From Oikopleura dioica (Eukaryota; Animalia; Chordata): 64,000 nucleotides of DNA. Position 1 is the stretch's first letter. Each line of letters starts with the position of its first letter. This document shows positions 49,397 through 62,410 of this stretch, piece by piece. The position numbers were made by a program, and so were the translations under genes. The stretch is from the NCBI GenBank assembly GCA_907165135.1, contig OU015568.1, positions 11,656,001-11,720,000 of the forward strand. Direction: 5' to 3'. The notes under the pieces are model-generated. The model did not search any database, was not told the DNA's origin, and saw only the letters and a list, made by a program, of their open reading frames with translations.

Positions 49397-52263
49397 AAAA
49401 TTTGTTCACGCGTTTCTACAAATTATTGATAATTCTTTGGCTTTATAAGTCTCAACTTATGACATCAGTAGTTAATTAAATCCTTAAACAACTTTCTCAG
49501 ACATTAGACAAAAAAAGTTCAAGTGACTTGTAGACAACATGAGTGAGTGCAGATGAATAAATCACACTTTGCAGGTTGCGATGCAGGACATCGTAAAATG
49601 TCCGATCGTTAAATCCAATCACAAAACACGGCCGGATTGTTTTTAAGCCAGAAAGGAAAATGAAAGGTATTTTTGCTTGAGAGAAATATTGATACTCGAA
49701 AGTATCAAAAGAAGAGATTTTTGAGAAGAGAACTAAAGACGGGGTTTATATTGCAGCTAAAATCTCAATTTTAGAGATATATAGTCTATATAATATAGAG
49801 GAGAATTGCGCAGATAACAGACTTTTCATCCATCTTGAATGCTTCCGAAGTCAATAAAAGTTATGAGCCTTTGAGGATACTTTTTCTTAGTGATTAGCCT
49901 TTTTCAGTCCTGAACGTTTTTGCGTTTTCAACAAAACTAGAGCTTAAAAATTTGCCAAGTTCGAGCGTTGATTTTCATCAAGTGTCGAATTATTAGTACT
50001 TGGTCTGCTGCTGTGTGTGCGCGAATGATTTGCATGGGGCAACAACTCTATTGCGACCGGTTCCCTCTGGGTGATGGTGACTCGTCGCCACAGCGTTTGT
50101 ACGTCCGCACTGTTCCCCCATCTGTCCGATGAGAGGGGAAACGCGCTTCCCCCGCTATGGGTTAAAGCGTAGCGAGAACGCGGTGGAAGTCACGAATAGA
50201 GCCAGAGAGGAAGGCGATTCATAGAGAGCTAGGCAAAGAGAAGGAGAATGAGCAGAGGGAGTTGGTGAAATTACAAACCGCAGAGTCGGTTGCCAAATTC
50301 CAGCAGCAGCGGCGTTGCGACGTGCTTCTGAAAGTGCCATCGGCCGTGTCGCTAGTCGCAAAATCTTCCACCACGTGCCACGTGACTGAACAACCCTTTT
50401 ACCAATTTTACCGCTGGACCCTATCTAGACCCTCATAATCACGAAATATTAAGTTTATCAGTTCATGTCTATTTTTATTGAGCAAAACAGCTACGCGCAA
50501 ACAAGATAACAAAAGGAGAGATGTTTTCTGAAGGAAGAATAAAAAATTTAACAGACGAAAGTTTAAACCTCTTGCTTTTCTGAACCCTTTAAGTTCGGGC
50601 TATAAGTTATAAACATACTTCTTTTTTCAAAGAATTGAAAAGTTTCGAATAATATTGGTTGATTTAAAACACGACTCCAATACCTATTTAAATCATCCGA
50701 AATTTCGACCTAAAATCTCCATCGTCGGTTACTTGTTTAAATTCAAGCTAGCAACACCCTTAATATTTTCTTGATATTTATCGAGGGCGTTGTTAAATCA
50801 CCGGATAATAAAAACATTTATCAACAGCTTGTGTCTTCGACCACTTATAACAATGATTTATTTATAGGAACATAACTCAACAGCCAATACTGCAACAATA
50901 GCATTTCTAAAAGCTGTTATCATTAGCCACGTGGATATTTTTGATTCTTTTTCATACTTTTCCGGCCTTAGTTTCACGTAGACTGCGAGACAATCGTTTT
51001 CTAGGGCACGTTTCCATGCCTTATCATTGGAAACATCATATTTTTTGGCTACTTAGGGGTTGTTAGACTACCGTTAGCGGAAAAAGCGAGATCTGATTGT
51101 TTACATAACTCTTTGTATATTGAATATCTACTAATTGAGGTATTTTTATTTGTATGTGGTGCTGGTGCGTCCTGGTGCCGTTGCCCGGGGCGTTCGGTAC
51201 CACGGTTGGGCTTTCTCCTCGGCGGCAACACACCAATGCACAACACCAAATGAAAAGAGCTTGATACCAACCCCACCAAATATCATCTCCATTATCATCT
51301 TACACTTTTGCAGCCCGGCGGCGGCGATCGCCCTTTTTCCACAACTAAAGAGATTTCCCCAAAGAAGATGAAAACAACAAAGAGAATTATTTTGATGAAG
51401 TCGAACTCAAGCTACACTTGTCATGTAGCCAGCGGGTACATCAAATTGCCCGGCGATGACTACATGAGAGAGAAATAAGCGCTCGGCTAATTTTGCGTCT
51501 ATCTCTGTTTAATCCGGGATTATCTACAATTATCCCGCGAGCTAAACAATGGACATTCTCCCCTAAACTTTTGCTTTTTTAGAATAAGTCGCGATCGTGA
51601 GTGACCGCAGTGGCCTTGAGTGACCTCCTCCCAGAGAGCACCCCTCAGACTTAGTATCGAATCGGAAAAACTCCTCTTCAATCCCTTTTTACTTCAACTC
51701 TTCAAATTTTCTTCGAAACGTGAAGGAAGAAAAAAACATGCAGTTCTAAACGTCCGGGCGCTTTCGCGGTAAGTCCTCGTTGTTATCACTTTCCTTTTTT
51801 ATCGAAATAATACTCTCTGCGAGAAGAAACGCAAAAACCATTGAGCTGAATAAACCCGGTTTTTTGGCGGCGCACCTGCTGCTGAATTAATGAATAACTT
51901 ACTCTCGACAGCTCCCATATCCGTTAGCATCGCTAAAAACATTCGACCCTTAGGGTATCCTCACCGTTTCTAATCCGTTTTTGCGACTTTCTTAGCTTTC
52001 GGGAACATTTCCGCTCTTATACAAAAATGCAAAATTTCAATCCGCGGTGGGATTTGGCGGTGGAGGCTGGTGCATTCTCCTCCAATCAGCGCTCAGCCAC
52101 CACCAGAACAAGAAACCCCACCCGCTGAAACTAGAAATAATTTCGGCCGAGCGCGTGCATCCTTCCGACCAAAAATTTATATTTATGGTCTTCGAGTAGA
52201 GAATACGCAGCGGGGGAATGAATATCTGATGTCTCAAGCGTTCACTTTATTCTAGCCCGATCA

Positions 52264-52910
52264 ATGCCTTCTGTTGCAAAACTGGTGAAAAGTTCGTGCA
52301 GCCAAATGTGGAAAATGGTCTTTCGCAAGAAACATGTCAAGCGCACCCTTGAGCTTATCGGTATGTACGCTTATCAGAAAGCCCTTTCCAGTCGGAAAAA
52401 ACTTTCGACCCTTCTACGGCGGCGCGATTTTCCCGGGCGTAATCAAATTTTTAGGGGCTGTCGCGATCGTTTATCTTATGCTGGAAATCCTGGAAGCCAA
52501 TACTCTAGGAAGGCCGGAACCAGCTTTCGTAAGTGTCCAAACCTTCTTAAAATAAATCCAGCTCGTGTTTGTTTACATTGAACTTGCAGTATGGAAACGA
52601 AGGGCCAATGTACATGCCTCCTCCAAATATGGGCGGTCCTCCAATGGCCCCCATGGCCGCCGAAATTCCTCAAGCTCCTCCAGCCGCGCCAATGGCCCCC
52701 GTGGAACCACCGAAGCCAATTGTTCCCGTGGCACCAGCTGCACCCGCTGCTCCCATCGTGCCCGTGAATCCCGCTGTCCCTGCCGCCCCAGTCGCCGCTG
52801 CCGTCCCAGCTGCCCCCGTTGCCCCCGCCGTGCCCGCCGCACCAGCGGCCATGGTCAACGACGAGCCCCTCATTCAGAACACTGGTGATTCACTGCCTGC
52901 CATTCCGAAT
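52264..52910 (+). CDS. Three exons encoding a type II TM anchor + Pro/Ala-rich stem; probably an alternative 5' end of the downstream O-fucosyltransferase-like gene
   Basis: MPSVAKL...KRTLELIG|AVAIVYLMLEILEA...PAF|YGNEGP...(PAAP)n...PAIPN ends at a phase-0 GTAAGT donor at 52911 with no stop codon. Confidence 0.58.
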
Positions 52911-53653
52911 GTAAGTACCATGATTTCTATGAAATTATGCATGTCTGTAACGGTCTGATAACTGATTGAATGGTCAAGTGCAAGTAGAAACAGAGAGAGA
53001 GGGGGGCTGGAATAACAAAAGGGAGAGATCGAGAGGGAAAATGTTTTCCGAGGTTGACGGAGCCGGCCAATAAGCCAATCCCGGTTGGGCGGTGGCGCTG
53101 TGGTGCCCAACGGGCAGGGAGATGGTTTTCCACAGTTCTGAGCATGTCCGCCTCAAGGCAAATGCATCTTTTGCGACCGCCAACCACCACTAGTCAAGAA
53201 AACAGAGAGAAAATGATGAACATGCTCACTAGCAGATGGCACGTGATGTAGTCAAGGGTTCTCCAATTGTATAAAAATCAACGATAAATTCAAATAGGAA
53301 TTTAAAACTTAGATAAAGTTAGTTTTAAGCTTAGTTTTATATTATTTACTATAGTTTACACGTATCTAAAGTTCAACTTTCTGTAAATATTAGGTATTAG
53401 ATAACTTGCCTTTTTTTCTTAAATTTTCATAATAATGTCATAATATTATTGCTCGACTTTGGACGTAAAAGCCATACCATCTACCAGTCCTAAAAAGGGG
53501 ACAAAGATAAACTCGTTCGAAAGCTCTTAAAAAACGCTCTCTTATTGCCAATAAAAATGAAGCGTACCTACTAAAGAGGATTTATTCTAAATTACATAAG
53601 CGGATTATTTGTGTTTTATGAACAAGAGAAAACCCTAAAAAGCAGGTCTAAAT

Positions 53654-56600
53654 ATGAGTATTCATCATGAGAAAAGTACAGCAAAGTACACTCAGCTGGG
53701 TTCAAAACGAGCTCATCGCAATAAGAAATCTTCAAAGCGGAGGCAGAATCAGGCACGGTCGGGCGACCCCTTTCTCGACGACGAGCCAGATCCTTCCCAA
53801 CCCGACCGAAAGAGTTCACCGTGTTTTTACTTGATCCCTGAGAGGCGGAAATTTTTACCCCTTGGTGGGATTATTCTTCTTTTCTGTAGCGTTGGCTACT
53901 TCAAGTTTACACACATCAATGTCCAGCCTCGAAATTGGTCAGTTTCAAAATACGACAGCCCGCTCGATTCCAATTTCGAACGGGAACAGCCTCCATTAGC
54001 CCAGAATGAATTTGTACAAGTCCCACATGAACAAACCGCCATCGACATCGCGCCCATTCCAGAACCAGAGCCACTTAACCTAGATCTAATAAAACACATT
54101 GACCTCGGGATCGAATTGGACGAGCCCGTTTCTATTTCGAGAGCAAAATGGCCCGACGGCCCTGTAGCTGGTGGCTGGGCCGACCCGGACTATGGCCGTC
54201 CCTATAAGCATGATTTTCCGTGGTATGAGGATTACTACGAGAACCGAGACATGCCCGCGCAGGTTTGACATCATTTTTACAAAATGTCAAGCTGTTCCTT
54301 TCTCTCTTTATTTTACGCACTCTGACTAAGACACCACCACGTTATCAGACAGGCTAAATATTTACGGTTCCGACTTCCTCCAAGTTTAAATATTTTCTAA
54401 GGTTGCTACATCTGGCGATCCCGGATGGATTCTGCCTATGTTATATTTCGACATGGGACCCAACAATCTCTTCCGTCTCCTTCGACAGGGTGCTATTACT
54501 GCCTACAACATGGGGCGAGGTCTCACCGTCCCCGTCTTCCACAGGTAATCCGTCATTTTCACTGTAATGTACGGTTATTAGTAATAATAACTTATTATGA
54601 ATAAGTAACGCGGCCCCTAAATATCACAGTGAAATTCATAAGGCTCCTCACGGTATGTCAAACGGGCCTAATTGGTTTTGCGCGGTGAACCCTAAACGAC
54701 CTGACCGCGGAGTAAATTGATTGAGGCGCTTTCAAAATTTCTCGTCAATTTCGACCGGAAATTTGAAAATGGCCATCGCACCTAACACTGTTCCTAACAT
54801 GTTTTGTAATGATCATTTCTTTCAGGCATCCTCGAATGGGAGATACTGCCAAGAACCCCTTCGTCCTTCCAATTTTCGATCAAAACTACACCGTCGATCT
54901 TGTCTGGCCCGCCAACGAAACCATCGATGTTGGCATGCTTAGAAAGGTAATGCTCTTTCATCTGTATATTCTTGTTATAGAAAGTCAAGCTACTCAAGCT
55001 AGACAGGGATTAAAAGTCGCTTGAAAGGCTCATCCCTTACTCTTGTATATCCTACCGGCGTTGTGAGCTTAACGAAAAAAGTTTGAGCCCGGTCAAACTG
55101 CCGGTAGTTCAAATAAAATGTAACCGGGGTATTAGAGGATTTGTCCACTTGGAGCTGGAAAAATCGACCTTTTCCGACAATCTTGCCATTAATGGACAAG
55201 ATGGACACTGATGATCTTGAAGTTGACTTTTTCGAGCTGAATTTTAAATGAGCATTTGCATATCTTTCTCGCTCGCGTATAATTCGTACACTTTGTTCAC
55301 ATGCTCGTACGGAATGACCTGAAAGTGCAAGTGTTAGCTCTTCAAAGCTGGTCATTTCAGAAACAGAATGATGATATTGTATTTTAGATTATGCCTGTGC
55401 AGCCAATGAAGGACATGATGAATGGATGCCAGAAGAAGCTCGATCTGTTGATCAAGTGCGGTGACATTGATGACAAACGTTACCAGGGAATCAATCATTT
55501 CCAGCGCGCCATTGATATGGAAGTCGCCGAGACAGTTACTATTCCCACGATGGCCGACCTCGATCCCAAGTGCTGCGGCGAAGCGTGCGATGCAAACCAG
55601 CCCGCCAAGATGGACATCGCCGACAAGAAGTGCGTCGGCATCGTTTACGGCAAAAGTGCTTGCCAGACCAGGATAAATGGCTCCAATCATTTGCCGAAAT
55701 CTCCAGAAACTTCCTCAGACCGACAGTTATCCGCAGATTCGCTCAAGAATTCACAGAAAAAGTCATCGGAAACAGACCTTATCTCTTTGTCCACTGGCGA
55801 TACGAATCTGACTGGCTTGATATGTAAGTCTTCTTACTGGTGAAATTAAGCAAAAAAACGTTATTTTGCGGTCAATTTTGTCTCAACCCGCGACAAGCAA
55901 ATTTCTTGGCAAAATTCCACGGCGAAATACCGCGCGTAAAAATGCTTATTTTTCACATTTTCAGGTGCAAACCATCTCGACCAAAGGGCGCCCGTGAGCG
56001 AAACAAAGAAATCTGTAAGCTGATTATGGGACTCACCTACGACGAGGGTACCCGAAGCATGTTCGTCAACAACCTCAAGGCGAAGATGGCCGAATACAAT
56101 TTAGAAGTTGTCTACCTCGCTTCACCACCTAATGTGAGTTTGTAATCATAACGTTACGTGCGCGGTTAGCATAATTATTATTGCCGGCTTGACATTTCTT
56201 GTAAACATGTCGTGTTAGCAATCTATGAAAGAAGCTTTAACTATTTTCCAAAATAGCTCCTTAATTTAATATTAAATGCACCAATATTAGATCTCACAAC
56301 AATAGCTGCTTCGAAGTATATAAGCCGCTTAAATTTGCGAAACATGAGATTAATCAGAAGCCTTAAACGGCTCCTGCTAGAAGCTCGACCGCATAAAAGT
56401 TACTCAATAGAACGCTGACATTTAATCTAGAACATCGATTTGATCCGGTTGTTGAACTCCTCCTTCCCCGGAAATTTCTTCTACATGGATGACGTCGGAC
56501 GCTATTCGAATAGTACCGGGGTTGGGCTCTAAATCTTCCACCAAAAGAGACACATGACATCGCGATGGGTGCTATTATTTATTCCTTCTCTTTATTTATC

Positions 56601-57747
56601 ATACGCTCTATAAGCTGGACTCGCCAGCTTGGGAAGAAAAATATTGTGATAGAGTCTAGCTAAGAGGATTGCGGCCATGTTTTGTGCATGAATTACCATC
56701 TTTACGCTTGCTATCTATTAGTAAAGCCTTAAAACCGATCAGATTCTAATCACGAAAAAAAAACTTGTCTAGCGCCTCTTAGCCCGCTAAAAATTGACAA
56801 TGCTTATTGAAAAGAAAATCAATCATTTAAAACTCGGTGTAATTATGAATGAAAAAAGTCTGTTTCTACTACAATCAAAAATCGATAAAACTAAATTTTC
56901 ATACATTTACACCGGCTTTTAAATCATTAACCCTGTATTATCAGTAATAACACCCTGATGATGTCGTCAAGGTTAGCATGAAAGCTTCTGAATGATCAGT
57001 TCTATATAGAAAAGATCAGCAGAAGTCAAGTTCCATGCTATGCTTTTTTTTAATGGTGAAAATACCATCTCGCGCGGATTGTGTCAATTTTAAAACTGAG
57101 GCCAAACCCCGTCCCACAGAACCTTTGGTCCCGGCTTTTTGGACAACAACTACAAAGCGTCCTTTGTTGAACAAGAAATCGGATTCAGTAAGTAAAATTT
57201 ATAAGCTAGGCCACGTCACGCGAGACATGACCTTATGTCGTTTATCCGACAGCAAGGCGGTCCATTCTCCCGGTGACTTAAAAAAAAGAAAGATATAAGT
57301 AGTCAAGTTATGAGTCGAAATTAGTGAAATAGAAATTCAATTTACGCAAATTCTTATTTGTAATAACAAAGTGTTATCAAGAACACAAACAATCGGTTAG
57401 TTTAATTTTGGCAAGCTCATTTCTTCAAAAATAAACATGTGAAGCATAAGCAGACTATCCTCTTAATAATTCGCAGGTGTAGTGCGCTAACATCCTCTCT
57501 AGAATCGACGTTCTATCTCGGCGCCTCGTTATCATCTTGGACACAAACAGTGTTGACGGATCGTCTCGCCCGCAAAAACACCAAGCACGACTCTGTCCTG
57601 ACAGTCGTCACTAACGGTAAATAAAGAGTTTCGAACACCGCCACTTTACTGGTGTTGTTTTTAGGCGCACCAGGCTATCCCGAGCTCGTGTTCCAGTTCC
57701 CCGAAGGAGACTTCAACTTCAAGTTGATAAAGGGCAAAAATGTATAA
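53654..57747 (+). CDS. O-fucosyltransferase-like glycosyltransferase (O-FucT-like, GT-B fold), multi-exon
   Basis: Type II anchor GGIILLFCSVGYF. Catalytic-like motifs MGPNNLFRLL...TVPVFHRHPRM, YLFVHWRYESDW, VVYLASPP, DNNYKASFVEQEI and STFYLGASLSSWT. Stop at 57745-57747. Confidence 0.75.
54999..55355 (-). CDS. Candidate nested intronless gene (118 aa), antisense inside an O-FucT-like intron
   Basis: An ATG-initiated 357-nt ORF fills most of the 441-nt intron 54947-55387. No homology recognised. Confidence 0.35.
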   Translation of the reverse strand: MTSFEELTLALSGHSVRACEQSVRIIRERERYANAHLKFSSKKSTSRSSVSILSINGKIVGKGRFFQLQVDKSSNTPVTFYLNYRQFDRAQTFFVKLTTPVGYTRVRDEPFKRLLIPV

Positions 57748-59289
57748 AACTCGTAATTGTTGCGACTTACGCAAACCCACAAAAAAAAAAGAAAAAAATG
57801 AAGAAACAACATATCTGTGCAATACTGACCGACGACCACTGAAATCACCACTGTATACTGTATTTATTCAGGTTATCGTCTTCCGTCTATCTAGCATTAC
57901 ATCACAATTTTAATTGATCGCGTGGACGGGTTTGCAGGGGTTGCACGCGCGTGCGGCTGTTTGCTGTGCACTTTTTGCGTCGCCGCGGGGCACGGGCCAC
58001 CTTTCCTGCGGCGTCCTCACCTTTCCACCACATCCGGCCCAGATAGAAAATTAATGCTTTCTTCAATTTTATATTTTTTAAAAACTCTCGGATATTTAAA
58101 CTAGAATACTAAAAGCACCGTGCACAGCCGCACAGTACGCGTTCATCTCTGACGCGTGATCAATCTACCAGAAATACCTTATCATATGCAAAACAATGGA
58201 AAATAACTGCTACAAATATTCCACAATTTAAAAATATATCGCCGCTTTAAAAAATATTCAAATTTGGACAAAAACGATTTCGGCGCTTTTCTGATACCGC
58301 TCTGTTCGCCCTTGGAGCAAGGCGCCTCGGGCGAGTGCGGCTTTACTACTGCGTAATAGTGTAAAATTCAAATAATTTGGTGAATTCGAATAGCATAACC
58401 TTTAATGTACTGTATGCTTTCTCGGTATTGGAAGACTGATTTTTATATACACCTATCCCACCAATGTCAAACCAGTTGATGTATGCGCATTTTCTGCCAT
58501 ATTTAAAGCATTTAAATATAATTTTATTATTATTTATTCAAATAAAAAAAGATGAATTTTCAATTTGTCTCATTCTTTCAAAGAAGCAAGTCGAGCATGA
58601 GTTTCAAACCGAGGTCCAACCACCCGGCACTAAGCGGGCGAATGATGAGTGCCATGATGGTTGAAATTGGTACGAACGCAGGTTAAAACTTTCTATCTTT
58701 CTCTCTTGTTTTCTTTATTGCCGATGATGATCATTCTCGGATACAACCATATGTGTACTTCTGCTATATGTCAGCAAGTCATCATCAAAAGCATCAAGTA
58801 CCACAATGGTTGAACGCGAGAATACCCCACTTTGACGAGTCCGTATCTTTTCACAGCTCTCTTTTTCGTTGGTATAATCGAGGAGAGGAGCGAGCTGAGA
58901 TTTCTTATAAACCTTCCAGCCACCTAAAACAAACACAGAGAGGAAAGTGCGATGGCGACCCAAACATCAACAACCGAGTGTAATTAGCGCCCCGGGCGAG
59001 TGATTTATCGTTAGCGGCGAAATAATCAGGTGAAAAAAATATTTTCCCGGTTGCGGAAATGCCAAATTTCAAAGTTTCGCAAGCTTTTTTTTCTCTGGCA
59101 AACGAATAAATCTGTTTATTTTGGAAATTCTGAGAATTTTCGAGGGTAAATATTTAGTGAATTTATTTTTTTCAAAGATTACAGGCATCATGCAGATACA
59201 GTAATTATCAATAACTTATCTTGTAGAAATAAGCGAAGTATAAACGGAACAAGGAAAAGTATGAGTTACAGTTACTCTGCATAAATAAA

Positions 59290-60228
59290 TTATCCGAAAT
59301 AAGCGTAGTTTCCAGCGGTTCGGTAGTTCGGCTGCTGGTAGATCACGACAGGCTGCTGAGGCTGAACGACAGGTGCTGGCTGGACGATCTGCTGAGGAAG
59401 AGTTACGCTGGCCTTGTTGCATTCCCCGTTGTTGCCCGCGCCAAACATCATCATGTAGAAAACAAGGTCTTCGTTGCTGCCGCTGTCGTCCATAAGCATC
59501 AAAGGAAGGAGCATGTTGCTGCCCATGCCAGTTCCAGGTGCAGCGCTCTGCATAGCCATCATCAAAACGAGGAGCGAGCCGTTGTCGTCGGAACTAGTGT
59601 CGTTCATGAGAAGTAGAGGCAAAAGCAGGTTGAAAGAGTTGTCGAAGCCGCTCTGGGTGTTCATGCCGCCGGACATTGAGCTGAGAAGAACCATCATCAG
59701 GACATCGTCCAGGCCGTCGTCGCTCGATCGTCGCTTTCGGGAGGAGTCATCAGAAAACAAATCGAGCATGAGAAGAGTCTCGAAGCTGAATCCCTCGCCG
59801 CCGCTCATTGTAGAAAAGAGAAGCATCGTCATCAGCGAATCGGTGCCAGATCCGAGCGAGCTTCCGTCGTCGGCGAAAAGAAGAAGTGGAAGGAGGTTGC
59901 TCATCGCGTCGTTTGTATTGATGTTGCAGTCGCCTTGCATCGTCGAGAGAAGCATGAAAGTAGAGAGCATGTCAGTATCGCCAGAATCGTCACTGAGGAG
60001 CAAAAGTGGAAGAAGCTGGTTCATGTCGTTGGTCCCTCCGGACATCATCGTAAGCATAAGTAGGTCAGTGCTGTCGCTGGTGCTGTTGTTGTCACTGAGA
60101 AGAAGCAAAGGAAGTAGGGAGTTCATTTGGTCGGTCTGAGATTGAGAACCAGAGTTGCCCAAGAGACTGAAGAGGAGGAAATCCTCGATGGCCAAGGAGA
60201 GAGTGAAGAAAAGATTGAATATCTTCAT
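59290..60228 (-). CDS. Intronless secreted Leu/Met/Asp/Ser-rich repeat protein, copy A (312 aa)
   Basis: Signal-like MKIFNLFFTLSLA, five LLPL(L/M)L motifs alternating with Met-rich segments, a central RKRR, and a Gln/Pro tail. Confidence 0.88.
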   Translation of the reverse strand: MKIFNLFFTLSLAIEDFLLFSLLGNSGSQSQTDQMNSLLPLLLLSDNNSTSDSTDLLMLTMMSGGTNDMNQLLPLLLLSDDSGDTDMLSTFMLLSTMQGDCNINTNDAMSNLLPLLLFADDGSSLGSGTDSLMTMLLFSTMSGGEGFSFETLLMLDLFSDDSSRKRRSSDDGLDDVLMMVLLSSMSGGMNTQSGFDNSFNLLLPLLLMNDTSSDDNGSLLVLMMAMQSAAPGTGMGSNMLLPLMLMDDSGSNEDLVFYMMMFGAGNNGECNKASVTLPQQIVQPAPVVQPQQPVVIYQQPNYRTAGNYAYFG

Positions 60229-60539
60229 TGTCGAAGTTTTTGTATTTTTGTCTCTTTGCTAAGAAGTTGCTTGTTGTGCTGTTTGAAGGAGGAGAATGTG
60301 ATTTGATGATGAGATTGATTTCTGTTCAGCTCATATGAAGGCCAAAGCCACCCAGTGGAGGAAGTCACTGTAACCATCTATCATTCAATCGTAACCAGGC
60401 GCAGTCAGGCACCTAAATTTTACGCACTGATTCAGGTTCAAACCAACACTGTTCGACTTTATCTGCGTTCAATCTATCTCTTGTATTAGATTTTCATTTT
60501 TAAATAAAAAATGATTTCATGAAAATATCAGAGCTTTAA

Positions 60540-60877
60540 GGACCCCCCCGTCAACAATTTTAGAAAAATCTATTTTCGGAATTTCAAAATTTTGACCCCG
60601 GAATTGGATTCTACGGAACAAAAAACGATTTTAAGGCTTCATTTTTTGGGGGTCTATCTCCACTCTAACACCCTCAAAATCGCGTTTGAAAATCGGATTT
60701 TTCGCCGAAAAATGACGAAAATGACCTTATTTTGCTAAAATTTTCGATTTTTATTGGTCAAAAAGGGCTCCGAACAAGTTTTAATGTTGTATTAAACTTC
60801 CAGGCAGACTAAGAAGCCAAAATATAGCTGTTTTGAAATTTTTGATTTTTCGAGGAAAATTGTTGACGGGGGGGTCC
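60540..60877. mobile_element. TTAA-targeting MITE (338 bp), Kolobok-like termini
   Basis: 21-bp perfect TIR GGACCCCCCCGTCAACAATTT and TTAA TSD at 60536-60539 and 60878-60881. The 5'-GG terminus fits Kolobok better than piggyBac, which starts CC. Confidence 0.85.
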
Positions 60878-61471
60878 TTAAGGGCATGAACAACGATTCG
60901 GACGGTTTTTATTCATTTTTGCACTGTAAAAATTTACAGTCTTTCTTAATTATTTTTGCCTTTTTTATCACTAATGCAAGAAATTCGACCCTTCTGTGCA
61001 AACTAAATCCGACGAATTAAAAATACTCATCCGGTTATCCGCTACAAAGAAAATAAGAATGCGTGGTTTCACATACTAAGTAGTGATAAGTTTATACACT
61101 TTTACAGTACCTTGCCGAAATTCAAATTTTCCGATTTTTTGTGCTATGTTTGTTCAAAAGCATTAATAAAAAGTAACTTTGAAGAAAAATTGTGGTAAAA
61201 ATGAAAATCTAATACAAGAGATAGATTGAACGCAGATAAAGTCGAACAGTGTTGGTTTGAACCTGAATCAGTGCGTAAAATTTAGGTGCACCTGACTGCG
61301 CCTGGTTACGATTGAATGATAGATGGTTACAGTGACTTCCTCCACTGGGTGGCTTTGGCCTTCATATGAGCTGAACGGAACTCAATCTCATCATCAAATC
61401 ACATTCTCCGTCTTCATTCAGCACAACAAGCAACTTCTTAGCAAAGAGACAAAAATACAAAAACCTCGACA

Positions 61472-62410
61472 ATGAAGATATTCAATCTTTTCTTCACTCT
61501 CTCCTTGGCCATCGAGGATTTCCTCCTCTTCAGTCTCTTGGGCAACTCTGGCTCTCAATCTCAGACCGACCAGATGAACTCCCTACTACCGTTGCTTCTT
61601 CTCAGTGACAACAACAGCACCAGCGACAGCACTGACCTACTTATGCTCACAATGATGTCCGGAGGAACCAACGACATGAATCAGCTTCTTCCACTTTTGC
61701 TCCTCAGTGACGATTCTGGCGATACTGACATGCTCTCTACTTTCATGCTTCTCTCGACGATGCAAGGCGACTGCAACATCAATACAAACGACGCAATGAG
61801 CAACCTCCTTCCACTTCTTCTTTTCGCCGACGACGGAAACTCGCTCGGATCTGGCACCGATTCGCTGATGACGATGCTTCTCTTTTCCACAATGAGCGGC
61901 GGCGAGGGATTCAGCTTCGAGACTCTCCTCATGCTCGATTTGTTTTCCGATGACTCCTCCCGAAAGCGACGATCGAGCGACGACGGCCTCGACGATGTCC
62001 TGATGATGGTTCTTCTCAGCTCGATGTCCGGCGGCATGAACACCCAGAGCGGCTTCGACAACTCCTTCAACCTGCTTCTGCCCCTGCTTCTCATGAACGA
62101 CACTAGCTCTGACGACAACGGCTCGCTGCTCGTTTTGATGATGGCTATGCAGAGCGCCGCTCCCGGAACTGGCATGGGCAGCAACATGCTCCTTCCTTTG
62201 ATGCTTATGGACGACAGCGGCAGCAACGAAGACCTTGTCTTCTACATGATGATGTTTGGCGCGGGCAACAACGGAGGATGCAATAAGGCCAGCGTCACCC
62301 TTCCTCAGGAGATCGTCCAGCCAGCACCTGTCGCCCAGCCTCAGCAGCCTGTCGTGATCTACCAGCAGCCGAACTACCGAACCGCTGGAAACTACGCTTA
62401 CTTCGGTTAA
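61472..62410 (+). CDS. Intronless secreted Leu/Met/Asp/Ser-rich repeat protein, copy B (312 aa)
   Basis: Differs from copy A at 4 residues (S/N, E/G, Q/E, V/A). Confidence 0.88.
   Translation: MKIFNLFFTLSLAIEDFLLFSLLGNSGSQSQTDQMNSLLPLLLLSDNNSTSDSTDLLMLTMMSGGTNDMNQLLPLLLLSDDSGDTDMLSTFMLLSTMQGDCNINTNDAMSNLLPLLLFADDGNSLGSGTDSLMTMLLFSTMSGGEGFSFETLLMLDLFSDDSSRKRRSSDDGLDDVLMMVLLSSMSGGMNTQSGFDNSFNLLLPLLLMNDTSSDDNGSLLVLMMAMQSAAPGTGMGSNMLLPLMLMDDSGSNEDLVFYMMMFGAGNNGGCNKASVTLPQEIVQPAPVAQPQQPVVIYQQPNYRTAGNYAYFG

Noticed and set aside
50155-51480. GC-richer patches with short ORFs on both strands (50155-50450, 51049-51371)
   Set aside because: No consistent start, splice or domain evidence. They may be UTR or regulatory sequence.
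58464-58983. Overlapping short ORFs on both strands
   Set aside because: Could not choose a strand or frame, and no recognisable motif.
59474-62226. ORFs 59474-60139 (+) and 61681-62226 (-)
   Set aside because: Antisense shadows of the duplicated repeat protein, whose biased codons lack reverse-strand stops.
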